Notes: generated by a model from the sequence alone, not told the origin. A stretch of 64,000 bases of DNA from Geopsychrobacteraceae bacterium (GCA_963676795.2 CAXXTB010000001.1:1120001-1184000), one strand, 5' to 3'. Positions 29,594 through 41,215 are shown, counted from the stretch's first letter. Made by a program: numbers and translations.

Positions 29594-29863
29594 TTAAGCT
29601 TCAAGCGTGATGTAGGTGTAGCATTTTTTCGGGCAGGCAACACCGCAACCTGCGCAGCCGATACAGTTATCCGGATTTGCAATGGTCATGACCATACGGT
29701 AGGTATCGGTCTCTTCATCAAAGGCATCCTTAGGTGCCAGAACCTTGCGGGAGCAGGCTTTGAAGCAACGTCCGCAACCGATGCACTTTTCTTCATCGAT
29801 CTTGTCCGCAAAGGTCGGGGTCCAGGACTTGCCCCCTCTGTTTTTACCAGTCAATAAGGCCAT
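29594..29863 (-). CDS. nif-associated 2x[4Fe-4S] ferredoxin (ferredoxin III-like)
   Basis: [26 protein letters not shown]; inside nif cluster. Confidence 0.9.
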   Translation of the reverse strand: MALLTGKNRGGKSWTPTFADKIDEEKCIGCGRCFKACSRKVLAPKDAFDEETDTYRMVMTIANPDNCIGCAGCGVACPKKCYTYITLEA

Positions 29864-29906
29864 CACTTATCTCCTTGATTAAATGATCTACTCGTTACTA
29901 ATTTCA

Positions 29907-30290
29907 TCAGGCAGGCTGGTCTGCTGATGCATTTTTCATCATGGCCTTGCGCAGCCAGGGTGGTGGGCTCTGGCGCAGGACCTCTTGCAGTTGTTCAATC
30001 GTATCCTTGATCGGCGCTCTTTCCTTGCTCTTCAAGGGGTGGATCTTCTTAGCGACCAGCCGCGCTGCGGCTGGTCCACCAATTTCTGCGACATAAACGA
30101 GGGCACAGTCGGCCAGGCTGGAGCAGCGAGCTTCAATCCGTTCGCCTTCGTCAGCACCTTCGGTCTTGACCTGGATGATACCGCTAAACTCTGCATCTTC
30201 CGGGCCAATCTCCCAGATGTAGAACTCTTCTGCACGACCAAAGTGTTGATTGATATTGATCTTGTCTGTGCTGGCAAATGCGACTTTCAT
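29907..30290 (-). CDS. nifX: Nitrogen fixation protein NifX
   Basis: MKVAFASTD..NQHFGRA..IGGPAAARLV..PPPWLRK; alternative start 30347. Confidence 0.88.
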   Translation of the reverse strand: MKVAFASTDKININQHFGRAEEFYIWEIGPEDAEFSGIIQVKTEGADEGERIEARCSSLADCALVYVAEIGGPAAARLVAKKIHPLKSKERAPIKDTIEQLQEVLRQSPPPWLRKAMMKNASADQPA

Positions 30291-30401
30291 ATAAGCTCCT
30301 GGATCTTTCTTCTGATCTATGATCTGAAGTTTACGAGTTCTGATCATAACTCTGCTCCATCTGGCAGACGTTTACGCCATCGCGTTTTACTGCATTTGTG
30401 C

Positions 30402-31865
30402 TTAGCGCATCATTTCGAACCACTGATCTTCACAGGTCTCGTCTTTGATATCGAGGAACTTGTTGCAGATCTGGGTCATGAAGTTGATGACGCCGTTGTA
30501 ACCGACAACCGGAGTACGGTGCAGGTTGATACGGTCGATGATCGGGAAGCCGATACGGAAGTGAGGAATCTTCAGATCACGGGCAACCCACTTACAGTGT
30601 GTATCACCGATGATGCCGTCGACTGGATCAGTTGCACAGAGGCTGCGCATATGCCAGAGGTCCTTGTTGACGTAGCAGGTCCCTTGCTGGCCGAATGGAG
30701 AGGAAGCGAGCAGCGCATCCATTTCCTTCTTGAACTTCTTGGTCTGACGGGAACAGACAACATGGTAAGGAATCGCGCCCAGTTCCATCAGGAAGGAGAC
30801 GATGCCGAGCAGGTAATCCGGGTCGCCGGCAACAGCAAACTTCTTGCCGTGGATGTACTGATGACCATCGGTCATGGCGTCAACAGCGCGGCCACGCTCA
30901 AGTTTGATAGACTCTGGAATTTCCTTGCCGAAGGTTTCGCTCAGCTTCATCAGGAAGGCGTCGGTCTTCTTGATGCCCATCGGGAAGTCCATGGTCATGA
31001 CTTCGCCGCTGAATTCTTCGTTCATCCACTTGATGGTGTTGGTGGTGCAGTACTTCATCAGCGAGATGGTTGTCTTGCCGTTGATGCTTTCTGCGGCATC
31101 GTTCAGGTCGGTACCACCTGGGTAGAGCTTGTAGTTACCATCGCAGACTGCGTCGAACTGAGCGGTGGTGTCAGCCAGCATGGTGTAAGGGATATCCATG
31201 GCTTCCAGATATTTCTTGTACTCATGCAGGTTGCCCATGTTGCCGTCAAAGCCCGGGATCAGGTTCAGTTTGCCGGTGCACTTGCCTTCAACCTTCTTGC
31301 CTTCGGTCAGGGTCTCAAGGATCGACTTGAGCATCGCATCGTAACCGTTGATGTGGGTGCCGTTGAAGCTTGGGGTGTTGGCAAACGGAGTCGGCAGTTC
31401 TTCCGGAATATGTCCCTGCAGCTTGGCGTTGGTGATGAAAGCACGCAGGTCGTCACCGATAACCTCTGGCATACAAGTGGTGTAGATGGCGAACATCTTC
31501 GGCTTGTACAGGGTGTAAGCGTTTTCCAGAGCTTCGAACAGGTTGGCCTGGCCACCGAAAACCGCGCCGTCCTCAGTCATCGCGCTACAGGTCGCTGCGG
31601 ATGGCTCACGGAAGTGACGGTTGAAGGTACTCCGGAAATAGGAAGCACACCCCTGGGAACCATGGACGAAAGGCAGAACGCCGTCGAAACCATGAGCAAC
31701 CATCTGGGCACCCAGTGGGTTACAAGCGTGGGCCGGGTTAACAACCAGGGCCTCACGGGCAAAGTTTTTCTCTTTGTACTCTTCAGTGTTGATCCAGTTT
31801 TTTACTCTCTCGATCTCTTCTTCAGAGTGGTGTGTCAATGATTTTGAAAAATTCGCTTCGCTCAT
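30402..31865 (-). CDS. nifK: Nitrogenase MoFe protein beta chain
   Basis: NPAHACNPLGA, HGSQGC, TTCM.EVIGDD, GFPIxDR. Confidence 0.98.
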   Translation of the reverse strand: MSEANFSKSLTHHSEEEIERVKNWINTEEYKEKNFAREALVVNPAHACNPLGAQMVAHGFDGVLPFVHGSQGCASYFRSTFNRHFREPSAATCSAMTEDGAVFGGQANLFEALENAYTLYKPKMFAIYTTCMPEVIGDDLRAFITNAKLQGHIPEELPTPFANTPSFNGTHINGYDAMLKSILETLTEGKKVEGKCTGKLNLIPGFDGNMGNLHEYKKYLEAMDIPYTMLADTTAQFDAVCDGNYKLYPGGTDLNDAAESINGKTTISLMKYCTTNTIKWMNEEFSGEVMTMDFPMGIKKTDAFLMKLSETFGKEIPESIKLERGRAVDAMTDGHQYIHGKKFAVAGDPDYLLGIVSFLMELGAIPYHVVCSRQTKKFKKEMDALLASSPFGQQGTCYVNKDLWHMRSLCATDPVDGIIGDTHCKWVARDLKIPHFRIGFPIIDRINLHRTPVVGYNGVINFMTQICNKFLDIKDETCEDQWFEMMR

Positions 31866-31941
31866 CGCGATACTCCTTATAACTTTAACGATCCCGGCGG
31901 CAGTTTAACTGCCACCGGAGTACTCGTAATTATTCGACCAA

Positions 31942-33384
31942 TTAGAACGGGCTCTTGACGAAAGACCAAGTTGGCGAGTTGATCGCCATGTCGATGTCAC
32001 GGGCAAAGATCTTGAACCCTTCATAGCCATGGTAAGGACCAGAGTAGTCCCAGCTGTGCATCTGACGGAACGGAATGCCAGCTTTCTGGAAGACATACTT
32101 TTCCTTGATACCACTACCGATCAGGTCAGGCTTGAATTCTTCGACGAATTTCTCCAGCTCGAACTCGGAGACGTCATCGTAAATCAGGGTCCCTTTAGCC
32201 ATCTCTGGAGCGGTACGATCGTAGTCATCCTGGTGAGCGAACTCGTAACCGGAACCGGTGATCTGGATGCCGAGGTCCTCGTAAGCGCCGACGGTGTGAC
32301 GTGGGCGCAAGCCCCCGACGAACAGCATTGCGGTTTTACCTTCGAGGCGTGGCTTGTACTCAGCGATGACAGCTTCCATCTCTGCGGTGTACTTGGCAAT
32401 AACAGCTTCGCCTTTTTCACGGATGGTGTCGTCGAAGCGATCAGCGATTGCACGGATACTTTCAGCGATCTTGGTTGGACCGAAGAAGTTGTACTCGATC
32501 CAAGGAATGCCCCACTTCTCTTCCATGACCTTACACATGTAGTTCATGGAACGGTAGCAGTGGATGACGTTCAGTTTGACCTGGTAGGTCGAAGCGATCT
32601 TTTCGATCTCACCGTCACCGGTCCAGATCGACTTGACGTTCAGGCCCATCTCTTCGAGGATCGGTTTGGCAGCCCAGACGTCACCACCGATGTTGTAGTC
32701 ACCGATCAGAGCGATGTCGTAAGGTCCGATTTCGCCATCAAATTCTTTCTTGCCGATGATGAAGTCACGGATCGAGTCGTTGGAGATGTGGTGACCCAGG
32801 GACTGGGAAACGCCACGGAAACCTTCACAGTTACAAGGGATAACGAACTTGCCGAGCTCTTTTTCCATCTTCTTGGCAACGGCGTTGATATCGTCACCGA
32901 TCAGACCAACCGGACATTCGGAGAGGATCGACAGTCCCTTACAGAGTGGGAACAGTTCGTCAGCTTCCTTGAGCAGCTTTTCCAACTTCTTGTCGCCACC
33001 GTAAACGATGTCGCGTTCCTGGAAGTCAGAGGTGAAGTCCATTGGGAACGAGGTAACACCAGGGATACCTTGCATCAGGTTACGACGGGTACCCCAGCTG
33101 TAAACACCACAACCGACCGGGCCGTGAGAAACGTGGACAACGTCACGAATCGGACCCCAGACAACCCCTTTGGCACCAGCGTAGGCACAGCCACGCTGAC
33201 TCATAACGCCAGGGACAACCTTACGGTTCGACTTAACAGCACAAGGAGAGGCGGATGGTTCGTTTGCACCCAGGTGAGGGGCACGCTTCTTTTGTGCTTT
33301 TTCTGGCATGAAGGAAAGAGTTTCCTTAATCAATGCCTCGGTTTTTTCTATAGTTACACCCTCAATGGGTTTTCTTTCTGCCAT
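31942..33384 (-). CDS. nifD: Nitrogenase MoFe protein alpha chain
   Basis: RGCAYAG, HGPVGC, HCYRS, GGLRPRH, MHSWDY; ATG 33384 after AAGGAG. Confidence 0.98.
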   Translation of the reverse strand: MAERKPIEGVTIEKTEALIKETLSFMPEKAQKKRAPHLGANEPSASPCAVKSNRKVVPGVMSQRGCAYAGAKGVVWGPIRDVVHVSHGPVGCGVYSWGTRRNLMQGIPGVTSFPMDFTSDFQERDIVYGGDKKLEKLLKEADELFPLCKGLSILSECPVGLIGDDINAVAKKMEKELGKFVIPCNCEGFRGVSQSLGHHISNDSIRDFIIGKKEFDGEIGPYDIALIGDYNIGGDVWAAKPILEEMGLNVKSIWTGDGEIEKIASTYQVKLNVIHCYRSMNYMCKVMEEKWGIPWIEYNFFGPTKIAESIRAIADRFDDTIREKGEAVIAKYTAEMEAVIAEYKPRLEGKTAMLFVGGLRPRHTVGAYEDLGIQITGSGYEFAHQDDYDRTAPEMAKGTLIYDDVSEFELEKFVEEFKPDLIGSGIKEKYVFQKAGIPFRQMHSWDYSGPYHGYEGFKIFARDIDMAINSPTWSFVKSPF

Positions 33385-33472
33385 GTGTCGCTCCTTCACA
33401 GAATCAACGAGTGTCGTGTCAGGCTTACGGGCAGGTATTGCCCGCAAACCTGAGTATGCATTGAATTAAATG

Positions 33473-34477
<1,005 letters not shown>

Positions 34478-34581
34478 TCAAACATGGGTTAAGTCATGAA
34501 CTGCTTCTGGCTATGGCAGGTTTAGGTTGACGAGCCAGAAAGCAACTTGATCTCTATTTTCACGTCTTGGAAAGCTCAGAT

Positions 34582-34669
34582 AAAAAAAGCCCGGAGTCTT
34601 TGGCGGATTGTCATCCGATCCTGATCTCCGGGCTTCGTTGCCTGAATGGTATGAATTACAGCGGTGTAA
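34582..34669 (-). promoter_or_regulatory. ANTAR twin-hairpin antiterminator overlapping an intrinsic terminator in the nifH leader
   Basis: TTAC-ACCGCT-GTAA and GGC-AACGAA-GCC (A1/G4 hexaloops); second hairpin overlaps AAGCCCGGAG..CTCCGGGCTTTTTTT. Confidence 0.8.
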
Positions 34670-34709
34670 CTCTGGATATGTTGTTTGTGTCTTTCTGCCT
34701 TCCTATTAA

Positions 34710-34725
34710 TGCAGAGCCTGTGCCA
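34710..34725 (-). promoter_or_regulatory. sigma54 (-24/-12) promoter of nifH
   Basis: TGGCAC-AGGCT-CTGCA. Confidence 0.85.
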
Positions 34726-34957
34726 AGTTTTGAAATAAAATTTAAGTTGCTGATTTTGCTTGTAAACTTTTTTTTCCGAGAGGTTTTCTCGGTTTTGTCG
34801 GGAAAAAAGTATTTTTTTTGCACAATGACCCTGTTCAGTTTTTGGTCAGTCTGGGCAGTTTTTATGCATAAAAAAGAACCAGTGACCCAATACACAGCAG
34901 AGGATGATAAGTGGAGTTAGTTCCTTCTGCTTTGTATCAAACTCTGCAGAGCAGAGT

Positions 34958-35345
34958 TTTTCGGTTATGCCCATGAGATGAGCTCAGCTCATCGTGGGGC
35001 GCGCTGTCAGTTGCTGGTGTGTGCCTACAGAGAAACGCAGGCTTAATTACGACATATACAAAGAGCGTTTTTGCTTACTTTTGCCGCTCTGGGCAAAAGT
35101 AAGGCGCCGTTCGGGCGCGCGACCCCGAGGTTTTGCTCTTCGTGCTGTCCGATAAGCAGAAAATCAAAATCGCCGGTTCTCGCACCGGCAAGCGACCTCC
35201 TTTTTTGAATCGTCAAAAAAGGAGGCAAAAAAACTCTTTCAAAACTGGCGTAAGATTTTCTATCTCAAGACTTGCTGGACACACCAGCAGAACGGAAGGC
35301 GCCCAACGATGGGCTACGGCCATCTGACGGGCAGAATCGAATTAG
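34958..35345. repeat. Modular intergenic repeat copy 3 (cap B at both ends)
   Basis: CGGTTATGCCCAT..GTCAGTTGCTGGT at left, ACCAGCAGAAC..GGGCAGAATCG at right; cores shared with copy 2. Confidence 0.85.
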
Positions 35346-35486
35346 TTTTCATCAGGATACGGCCCTTTTTCGCCGTGGCGGCGTCAATCTGCGGGCTTAT
35401 TTGTGCGGCGTAAAGCACTACGCCTCCGCATAACCCCTTGATTTCCTTGCCACGACAAAAAATTTCTCGTTTCCAATCTGAAAACT
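35344..35486. repeat. ~143-bp nested imperfect palindrome (MITE/REP-like)
   Basis: AGTTTTCA..TGAAAACT ends, internal CGTGGC/GCCACG, TCAA/TTGA, GGCGTA/TACGCC pairings. Confidence 0.55.
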
Positions 35487-35582
35487 TAAGCGTTGCCCTC
35501 CGGACTTTCCGGATGGCAACGAATTAAATTCATTTTGATGCTTGAAAAAGCAGCTGCTGGCTTTGTCAGCATTTATGCTTTT

Positions 35583-36017
35583 TTATGCGACGATCTTGAC
35601 CAGTTTCAGGGCGAAGGTCAGATCGAGGCCAGCCAGCTGGTGGTTGGCGTCGAGGGTGACGCTCTCATCCTCGACCTTGATGATCATCATCGCCTTGTTG
35701 GTGCCGTCGGCAAACTGGATATTCAGTTTTTTGCCGACCTCTAAGGGGCGGTCCTGGGGAAAACTGCTGCGCGGTACCTCGATCATGTTTTCCTTGAGGC
35801 GCGGGCCGTAAGCGTCGGCGGCCGGGATCAGGATGTTTTTGACATCCCCCAGCTGCATACCGATGATCTCTTTCTCCAGGGCCGCGAAGATCTCGTTGTT
35901 TCCCAGTGTCACCTGCAGCGGATCGTTGTCATCTCGGCTGTCGAAGACATAGCCGTTATCGAGTGTGCCGATATAGTGGACAATGACAGTGTTCCCGCTC
36001 TGGGCGCAATTTATCAT
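35583..36017 (-). CDS. FKBP-type peptidyl-prolyl isomerase (SlyD-like)
   Basis: VHYIGTLD.G.VFDS, AYGP, LDANHxLAG.DLTF. Confidence 0.92.
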   Translation of the reverse strand: MINCAQSGNTVIVHYIGTLDNGYVFDSRDDNDPLQVTLGNNEIFAALEKEIIGMQLGDVKNILIPAADAYGPRLKENMIEVPRSSFPQDRPLEVGKKLNIQFADGTNKAMMIIKVEDESVTLDANHQLAGLDLTFALKLVKIVA

Positions 36018-36036
36018 GTTGTTTCTCCTTGTAAAC

Positions 36037-36474
36037 CTATGAACCTATAATCAGGAAGCGTGAATCGAAGTAGGCTTCCAGGATCTTTTCAACTTCACTC
36101 CAGAGCATGCCGCCGCCACCACAGCCGGGGCGTGGTACGATAACCCGCGGCCACTTCTTGTAGTTGGTCAGTTCAACCAGTTCCCGGCAGGATTGATGGA
36201 TAATCTCCGGGGCCGGGTTTTCAAAGGTGGTCCGTTCAACCGGAAAGGACACGATCCGGTGACCCAGATCGAAGACATGCAGTCCGTGAAGCTTGAGCTG
36301 TTCACCCAGGACATGGGGCAGCTGCGGAAAACGGTCGGCCGCCTGGCGGGCGCAGCCGCGCGGCATGGCGCAACTGCCATCCTTGCGCAGTTGGCCGCTG
36401 GTGGTGATGGCAATCACCTCCCCCTGCTGATGGAAATCCCAGAGATCTCCTTCAATCAGCTGCAGGCGGCTCAT
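36037..36474 (-). CDS. Macrodomain-like (ADP-ribose-binding) protein
   Basis: IEGDLW, MPRGCA, IVSFP, VPRPGCGGGG motifs. Confidence 0.7.
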   Translation of the reverse strand: MSRLQLIEGDLWDFHQQGEVIAITTSGQLRKDGSCAMPRGCARQAADRFPQLPHVLGEQLKLHGLHVFDLGHRIVSFPVERTTFENPAPEIIHQSCRELVELTNYKKWPRVIVPRPGCGGGGMLWSEVEKILEAYFDSRFLIIGS

Positions 36475-36764
36475 ATCCGCATCAGCCCTCTGACGGTCTC
36501 GACCAGGTAATCAAAGACCTCTTCGCGGGTGCGGATAAAGACCGGCATCTCGTAGATCATGATCTCTTCAATTTTTTGCAATGCGGCAGCATCGTCCAGG
36601 TTCAGTTCATCCATGACCGCTTCAAACATCGGGATAACTTCGTACTGGTCATCCCGTTCAAATGGGTAGGGGTCCGGTTTACCGCTGAACTTGGGTTCTT
36701 CGCGGGTCTCCTTGATGCGTGGATATTTATAATAGAGATCGGATGGTTTAATCTGAATACCCAT
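36471..36764 (-). CDS. Hypothetical protein
   Basis: AAGGAG RBS; translationally coupled within draTG operon. Confidence 0.75.
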   Translation of the reverse strand: MGIQIKPSDLYYKYPRIKETREEPKFSGKPDPYPFERDDQYEVIPMFEAVMDELNLDDAAALQKIEEIMIYEMPVFIRTREEVFDYLVETVRGLMRI

Positions 36765-36776
36765 AATCCTTGCTCC

Positions 36777-37004
36777 TTAACATCCGCCGTTGCAGCCACC
36801 ACACTTTTTATGGGCAACGACTGTTGTTTTCTTTCCGTTCTTTTCCTGGAATTCGATCAGGCTTTCGGTGTTGATGTACCATTCGCCGTCAGATTCTTCT
36901 CCGCCGATCAGTCCGCGTTTGACATGCATGAGGACATTGAGTTCGGTCGTTTCCATCTGGGCGGCAGCTTCTGCGATCGGGATCATCGAGCATTGACAAG
37001 ACAT
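36777..37004 (-). CDS. Small hypothetical protein, HTH-like, C-terminal CGGCNGGC
   Basis: AGGAG RBS; co-oriented in operon. Confidence 0.7.
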   Translation of the reverse strand: MSCQCSMIPIAEAAAQMETTELNVLMHVKRGLIGGEESDGEWYINTESLIEFQEKNGKKTTVVAHKKCGGCNGGC

Positions 37005-37022
37005 GGTGAAACTCCTGTAAAT

Positions 37023-37961
37023 CTATGGGACACGCTGTTGGTCTGCGCCAGGCTCGGCAGCGGTGTCACGAGTTGCCCCGTAAGGGGAAAGTGCCAGCAG
37101 TTGCGGGGTCAGTTCGCAAATCTCCTGCTGGACCTGTTTATCCAGTTTCTTCAGCCAGGCTTTCGGCAGCTGGTCAAGGCCGTAGAAAGCTCCGGCGATC
37201 ATGCCGGCGATAGCGCCGGTGGTGTCGGCATCTCCACCCTGGTTGACGACGCCGACCAGGCATTCTTCAAAGGTCGCTGTGGCAAACAGGTAGTGGAAGA
37301 CCGTCTGTAGCGTTTCCACCACGTAACCTGATGCCTGCCCCTTGTATCTGTTGAAGCGGTAAGTCGGGTACTCAGACGTCAGTTCACGGGTGATGGCGTG
37401 CATTTCAAAGCGGTCTGCGCCCTTTAAGGCGGCGTGGACCATTTTGCCGACGCAAATGCAGCCCGCGTCAGAGAGGATATGGTTGTGAGTCAGGTGAGCC
37501 TGCTCCAGCGACCATTTTTGCATCAGTTCATCGCTGCCGAAGCTGCACAGGGCCACCGGAGCCATACGCATCACTGCACCGTTGCCTGCATCCCATTCAT
37601 TGACCGGCATCTTAAGCTCGCCGTTGGTCATATACTGGCGGATCCCTTTGCGCACTGTCGCGCCGATGTCAATCGGTTTGCCTCTCATCCAGGCGACGAA
37701 ATTATCGGCGATCTGAACAAGCGACCACTCCTGTCTGTCGACGACAGCGCGAGCGATGCACAGCGACATTTCAGTGTCGTCGGTGACCTGTCCCGCTTTG
37801 ACGCCGAGCCAGCCGCCGCCGACGATTTTGCGCAGCTTCTTGTACTTGGCTGCGATCTCGGGCGGTGACATGAATTCTGTTGTTGCCCCCAGGGCATCGC
37901 CGATGGCCAGGCCGAGAAAAGAGGCGAGGGCGCGATTCTGGACTTCTGCATCGTTAAGCAT
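37023..37961 (-). CDS. draG: ADP-ribosyl-[dinitrogenase reductase] hydrolase
   Basis: GDALGAT.EF, TDDTEM, AGNGA.MR, GGDADTT; adjacent to draT. Confidence 0.95.
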   Translation of the reverse strand: MLNDAEVQNRALASFLGLAIGDALGATTEFMSPPEIAAKYKKLRKIVGGGWLGVKAGQVTDDTEMSLCIARAVVDRQEWSLVQIADNFVAWMRGKPIDIGATVRKGIRQYMTNGELKMPVNEWDAGNGAVMRMAPVALCSFGSDELMQKWSLEQAHLTHNHILSDAGCICVGKMVHAALKGADRFEMHAITRELTSEYPTYRFNRYKGQASGYVVETLQTVFHYLFATATFEECLVGVVNQGGDADTTGAIAGMIAGAFYGLDQLPKAWLKKLDKQVQQEICELTPQLLALSPYGATRDTAAEPGADQQRVP

Positions 37962-38758
37962 CAGAGTCGCATCTCCTCGACTTCGTAGTCGCCACCGATG
38001 ACCAGGTATTCATCCTCCCCCTTCATCAGGGTTTTCGGCAAAAAGCCGCTGAGGAAGAAGATCTTGGTCAACGGGACCTGGGCCCGGATGACCCTTGAGC
38101 CGAACTCCCAGGCTTTTTCATAGTCGCTGGTAAAGGAGTTCAGGTTGTTCAGGCGGATCAGGAACCTGGTGTTGCTGTGTCTGTCCAGGATGCTGTGTTC
38201 GTCCAGATCGTAGACCCCACGGAATAGAGAGAGATAGGGCGTGTCCGGCATCTGGCGCTCCAGCTCATACTGGATAAATTCATAGAGCAGGTCGAGCTGG
38301 GAAAAGATGGCGCTGGTGCGTGCCGATCCCTTCATCCGGTCGACCGTATAGAGGAAATACTCCTCTGAATTCTGATCGGGGATCACTCGCTTGTGAAAGG
38401 TCGGAACCAGCCCCAGCCGTGATTCGACCCACCCCTTGAGGACCGCCCCCTCGACAAAATTGCTGTCGAACAGCCATCCGCGCAAAAAGCGCAGATAGCT
38501 GTTCTTCAGGCTTTTCTGACTGCTGCGCGACTCTTCCCGTTGCCACTGGTGGAGCTGAAAGGTGACATCCATGAAGTCATGGAAGAGCAACGCCCGTTGT
38601 TCCGGATCGTCAATCTGGTCGAGCTGTTCAAAGAGCAACCGGCCCATGTGCCTGGCCCCCTGAACCTCCAATCGCTGCGGTCTGGCGTTGTAGTGATGCG
38701 AGGCAATCGACCAGGGCGGCAGGTTGCAGAGGTTGATCAGGGTGATGTGGTTGCTCAC
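37961..38758 (-). CDS. draT: NAD(+)-dinitrogen-reductase ADP-ribosyltransferase
   Basis: NLCNLP, RGWLFDSN..EGAVLKGWVESR.GL, GEDEYLVIGG. Confidence 0.95.
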   Translation of the reverse strand: MSNHITLINLCNLPPWSIASHHYNARPQRLEVQGARHMGRLLFEQLDQIDDPEQRALLFHDFMDVTFQLHQWQREESRSSQKSLKNSYLRFLRGWLFDSNFVEGAVLKGWVESRLGLVPTFHKRVIPDQNSEEYFLYTVDRMKGSARTSAIFSQLDLLYEFIQYELERQMPDTPYLSLFRGVYDLDEHSILDRHSNTRFLIRLNNLNSFTSDYEKAWEFGSRVIRAQVPLTKIFFLSGFLPKTLMKGEDEYLVIGGDYEVEEMRL

Positions 38759-38765
38759 GGTCTGG

Positions 38766-39332
38766 TCAGCTCCCCATCAACAGGATTGCTTCGGCGACTT
38801 CACGCAGACTCTTGCGCTTGTCCATCGCCAGTTTCTGAATCTTGCGATGGGCTTCCGGCTCCTTCATCCCCTGGTTCATCAGCACTCCTTTGGCGCGGTC
38901 GACCAGTTTGCGGGTTTCCAGAGTCTCTTTCAGGGCCGAGACCTCATCGCGCAGGTTGGACAGTTCGATGAACTGGTGAATCGCCAGGTCAACCGAGATC
39001 TTCAGCTGCTCTTCCTTAAACGGCTTCATCAGGTACTGATGGACGCCGGCATCCTGGGCCTTGCCGACGGTGTCGCTATCGATGGTGCCGGTCAGCAGAA
39101 CAATGGCCCCGCTTGGATCGCGGTTCATCTTGTCGGCAGCTGAAACGCCATCCATGACCGGCATGGAGACATCCATGACAGTCAGCAGAGGGCGATGGGT
39201 TGCGGCCAGGGCCACGGCCTGAGAGCCGTTTTCCGCTTCATAGATATCGTCAAAACCGTAATCGGCCAGAACTTTTGAAACTTGACGACGAATCAAGGGT
39301 TCGTCATCGACAACCAGAGCTGTTTTCATCAC
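38766..39332 (-). CDS. REC-ANTAR response regulator (GnfR/NasT-like antiterminator)
   Basis: REC domain plus LETRKLVDRAKGVLM..EAH..IQKLAMD ANTAR domain. Confidence 0.92.
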   Translation of the reverse strand: MMKTALVVDDEPLIRRQVSKVLADYGFDDIYEAENGSQAVALAATHRPLLTVMDVSMPVMDGVSAADKMNRDPSGAIVLLTGTIDSDTVGKAQDAGVHQYLMKPFKEEQLKISVDLAIHQFIELSNLRDEVSALKETLETRKLVDRAKGVLMNQGMKEPEAHRKIQKLAMDKRKSLREVAEAILLMGS

Positions 39333-39447
39333 ATAACCTCATAGCCATGCGGCTTAAGGGGGCCTCCGGCGAACCGGAGGCACGGGTCAGACAAATCTTG
39401 CTATATTTCTTCCAGGTTTTGTCGGGCCGTTTTGCGGCCCTTTGCTA

Positions 39448-40752
39448 TTAACGGTTCTGGCTGACGCGCTGGAAGTCCGGGTAGGCTTCCATGCCGATCT
39501 CCTGAGAGTCGCAGCCGAGCATCTCTTCTTCTTCGCTGACGCGGATGCCCATGGTGTACTTGAGGACCAGCCAGACGATGCTGGCGGTGATCAGGACGAA
39601 GACGCCGGTGGCGACAACGCCGATCAGCTGGGTGACGAAGCTGGCGTCAGAGTTGGTGATCGGAACCGCCAGGGTGCCCCAGATACCGCCAACCAGGTGG
39701 ACAGACAGGGCGCCGACAACGTCATCGATCTTGAGCTTGTCAAAGAGCGGAACAGCCAGAACACAGAGGATACCGCCAACGGCGCCGATCAGGGTCGCAG
39801 CACCTAAGGACGGGGTGTCAGGACCGGCAGTGATGGCAACCAGACCGGCCAGGGCGCCGTTTAATGCCATGGTGACGTCGACCTTCTTGTAAAGGATCTG
39901 AACCAGGATCATCGCGGCAACCATGCCACCACAGGCGGCCATGTTGGTGTTGACCATGACATTCGACATGGCGATGGCGCTGGCCGCATCACCCAGGGCG
40001 AGAACCGAACCGCCGTTGAAGCCGTACCAGCCCATCCACAGGATGAAGGTCCCCAGGGTGGCCAGCGGAATGTTGGAACCCGGCAGCGGGTTGACCTTGC
40101 CGTCTTTACCGTACTTGCCTTTACGCGCGCCGAGGATGATGGCACCGCTTAAGGCTGCCCAGCCGCCGACGGAGTGAACGATGGTCGAACCGGCGAAGTC
40201 AAGGAAGCCCAGCTCGGACAGCCAGCCGCCGCCCCAGCCCCAGGAACCCTGGATCGGATAGATGATACCGGTCAGCACGACACAGAAGATCAGGAAGCCC
40301 CACAGCTTGATCCGCTCGGCGACACAACCGGAGACAACGGAACAGGCGGCGCCACAGAAGACCATCTGGAAGAACCAGTCGGAAGCGGCCGCATAGCCGC
40401 CGGAGAAGTCGCCGGCTGCGGCTGCGGCGTCGTCAGCGCCCCAGAGACCGAAACTGCCGAAGAAACCACCGTCAACACCGGCGTACATCAGGTTGTAACC
40501 GATCAGGTAGTAGAGGATGCCGGCGATGCCGAACAGCGAGATGTTCTTCAGACAGATGGTGGCGACGTTCTTGGAACGGACCAGACCGGCCTCGAGCATA
40601 CCGAAACCGGCGGCCATCCACATGACCAGGACACCCATGACCAGGAAGGAAAAGGTGTTGAGGACGTAAGCGAGTTCATCGGTGCTGACTTCGGCGAAGG
40701 CCAGGGCCGGCAGGGCCAGCAGACCGGCGAGCAGCAGGGCTGTTTTCTTCAT
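39448..40752 (-). CDS. amtB: Ammonium transporter
   Basis: FQMVF, DFAGSTIVH, GWYGFNGGS, IDDVVGALSVH. Confidence 0.96.
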   Translation of the reverse strand: MKKTALLLAGLLALPALAFAEVSTDELAYVLNTFSFLVMGVLVMWMAAGFGMLEAGLVRSKNVATICLKNISLFGIAGILYYLIGYNLMYAGVDGGFFGSFGLWGADDAAAAAGDFSGGYAAASDWFFQMVFCGAACSVVSGCVAERIKLWGFLIFCVVLTGIIYPIQGSWGWGGGWLSELGFLDFAGSTIVHSVGGWAALSGAIILGARKGKYGKDGKVNPLPGSNIPLATLGTFILWMGWYGFNGGSVLALGDAASAIAMSNVMVNTNMAACGGMVAAMILVQILYKKVDVTMALNGALAGLVAITAGPDTPSLGAATLIGAVGGILCVLAVPLFDKLKIDDVVGALSVHLVGGIWGTLAVPITNSDASFVTQLIGVVATGVFVLITASIVWLVLKYTMGIRVSEEEEMLGCDSQEIGMEAYPDFQRVSQNR

Positions 40753-40798
40753 TGTTTAGTTCTCCTTATCAATAGCGTTTTGAATAACGTTGATGTTC

Positions 40799-41194
<396 letters not shown>

Positions 41195-41199
41195 CTATT

Positions 41200-41215
41200 T
41201 GCATTGCTTGTGCCA
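41200..41215 (-). promoter_or_regulatory. sigma54 promoter of glnK-amtB
   Basis: TGGCAC-AAGCA-ATGCA. Confidence 0.82.
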
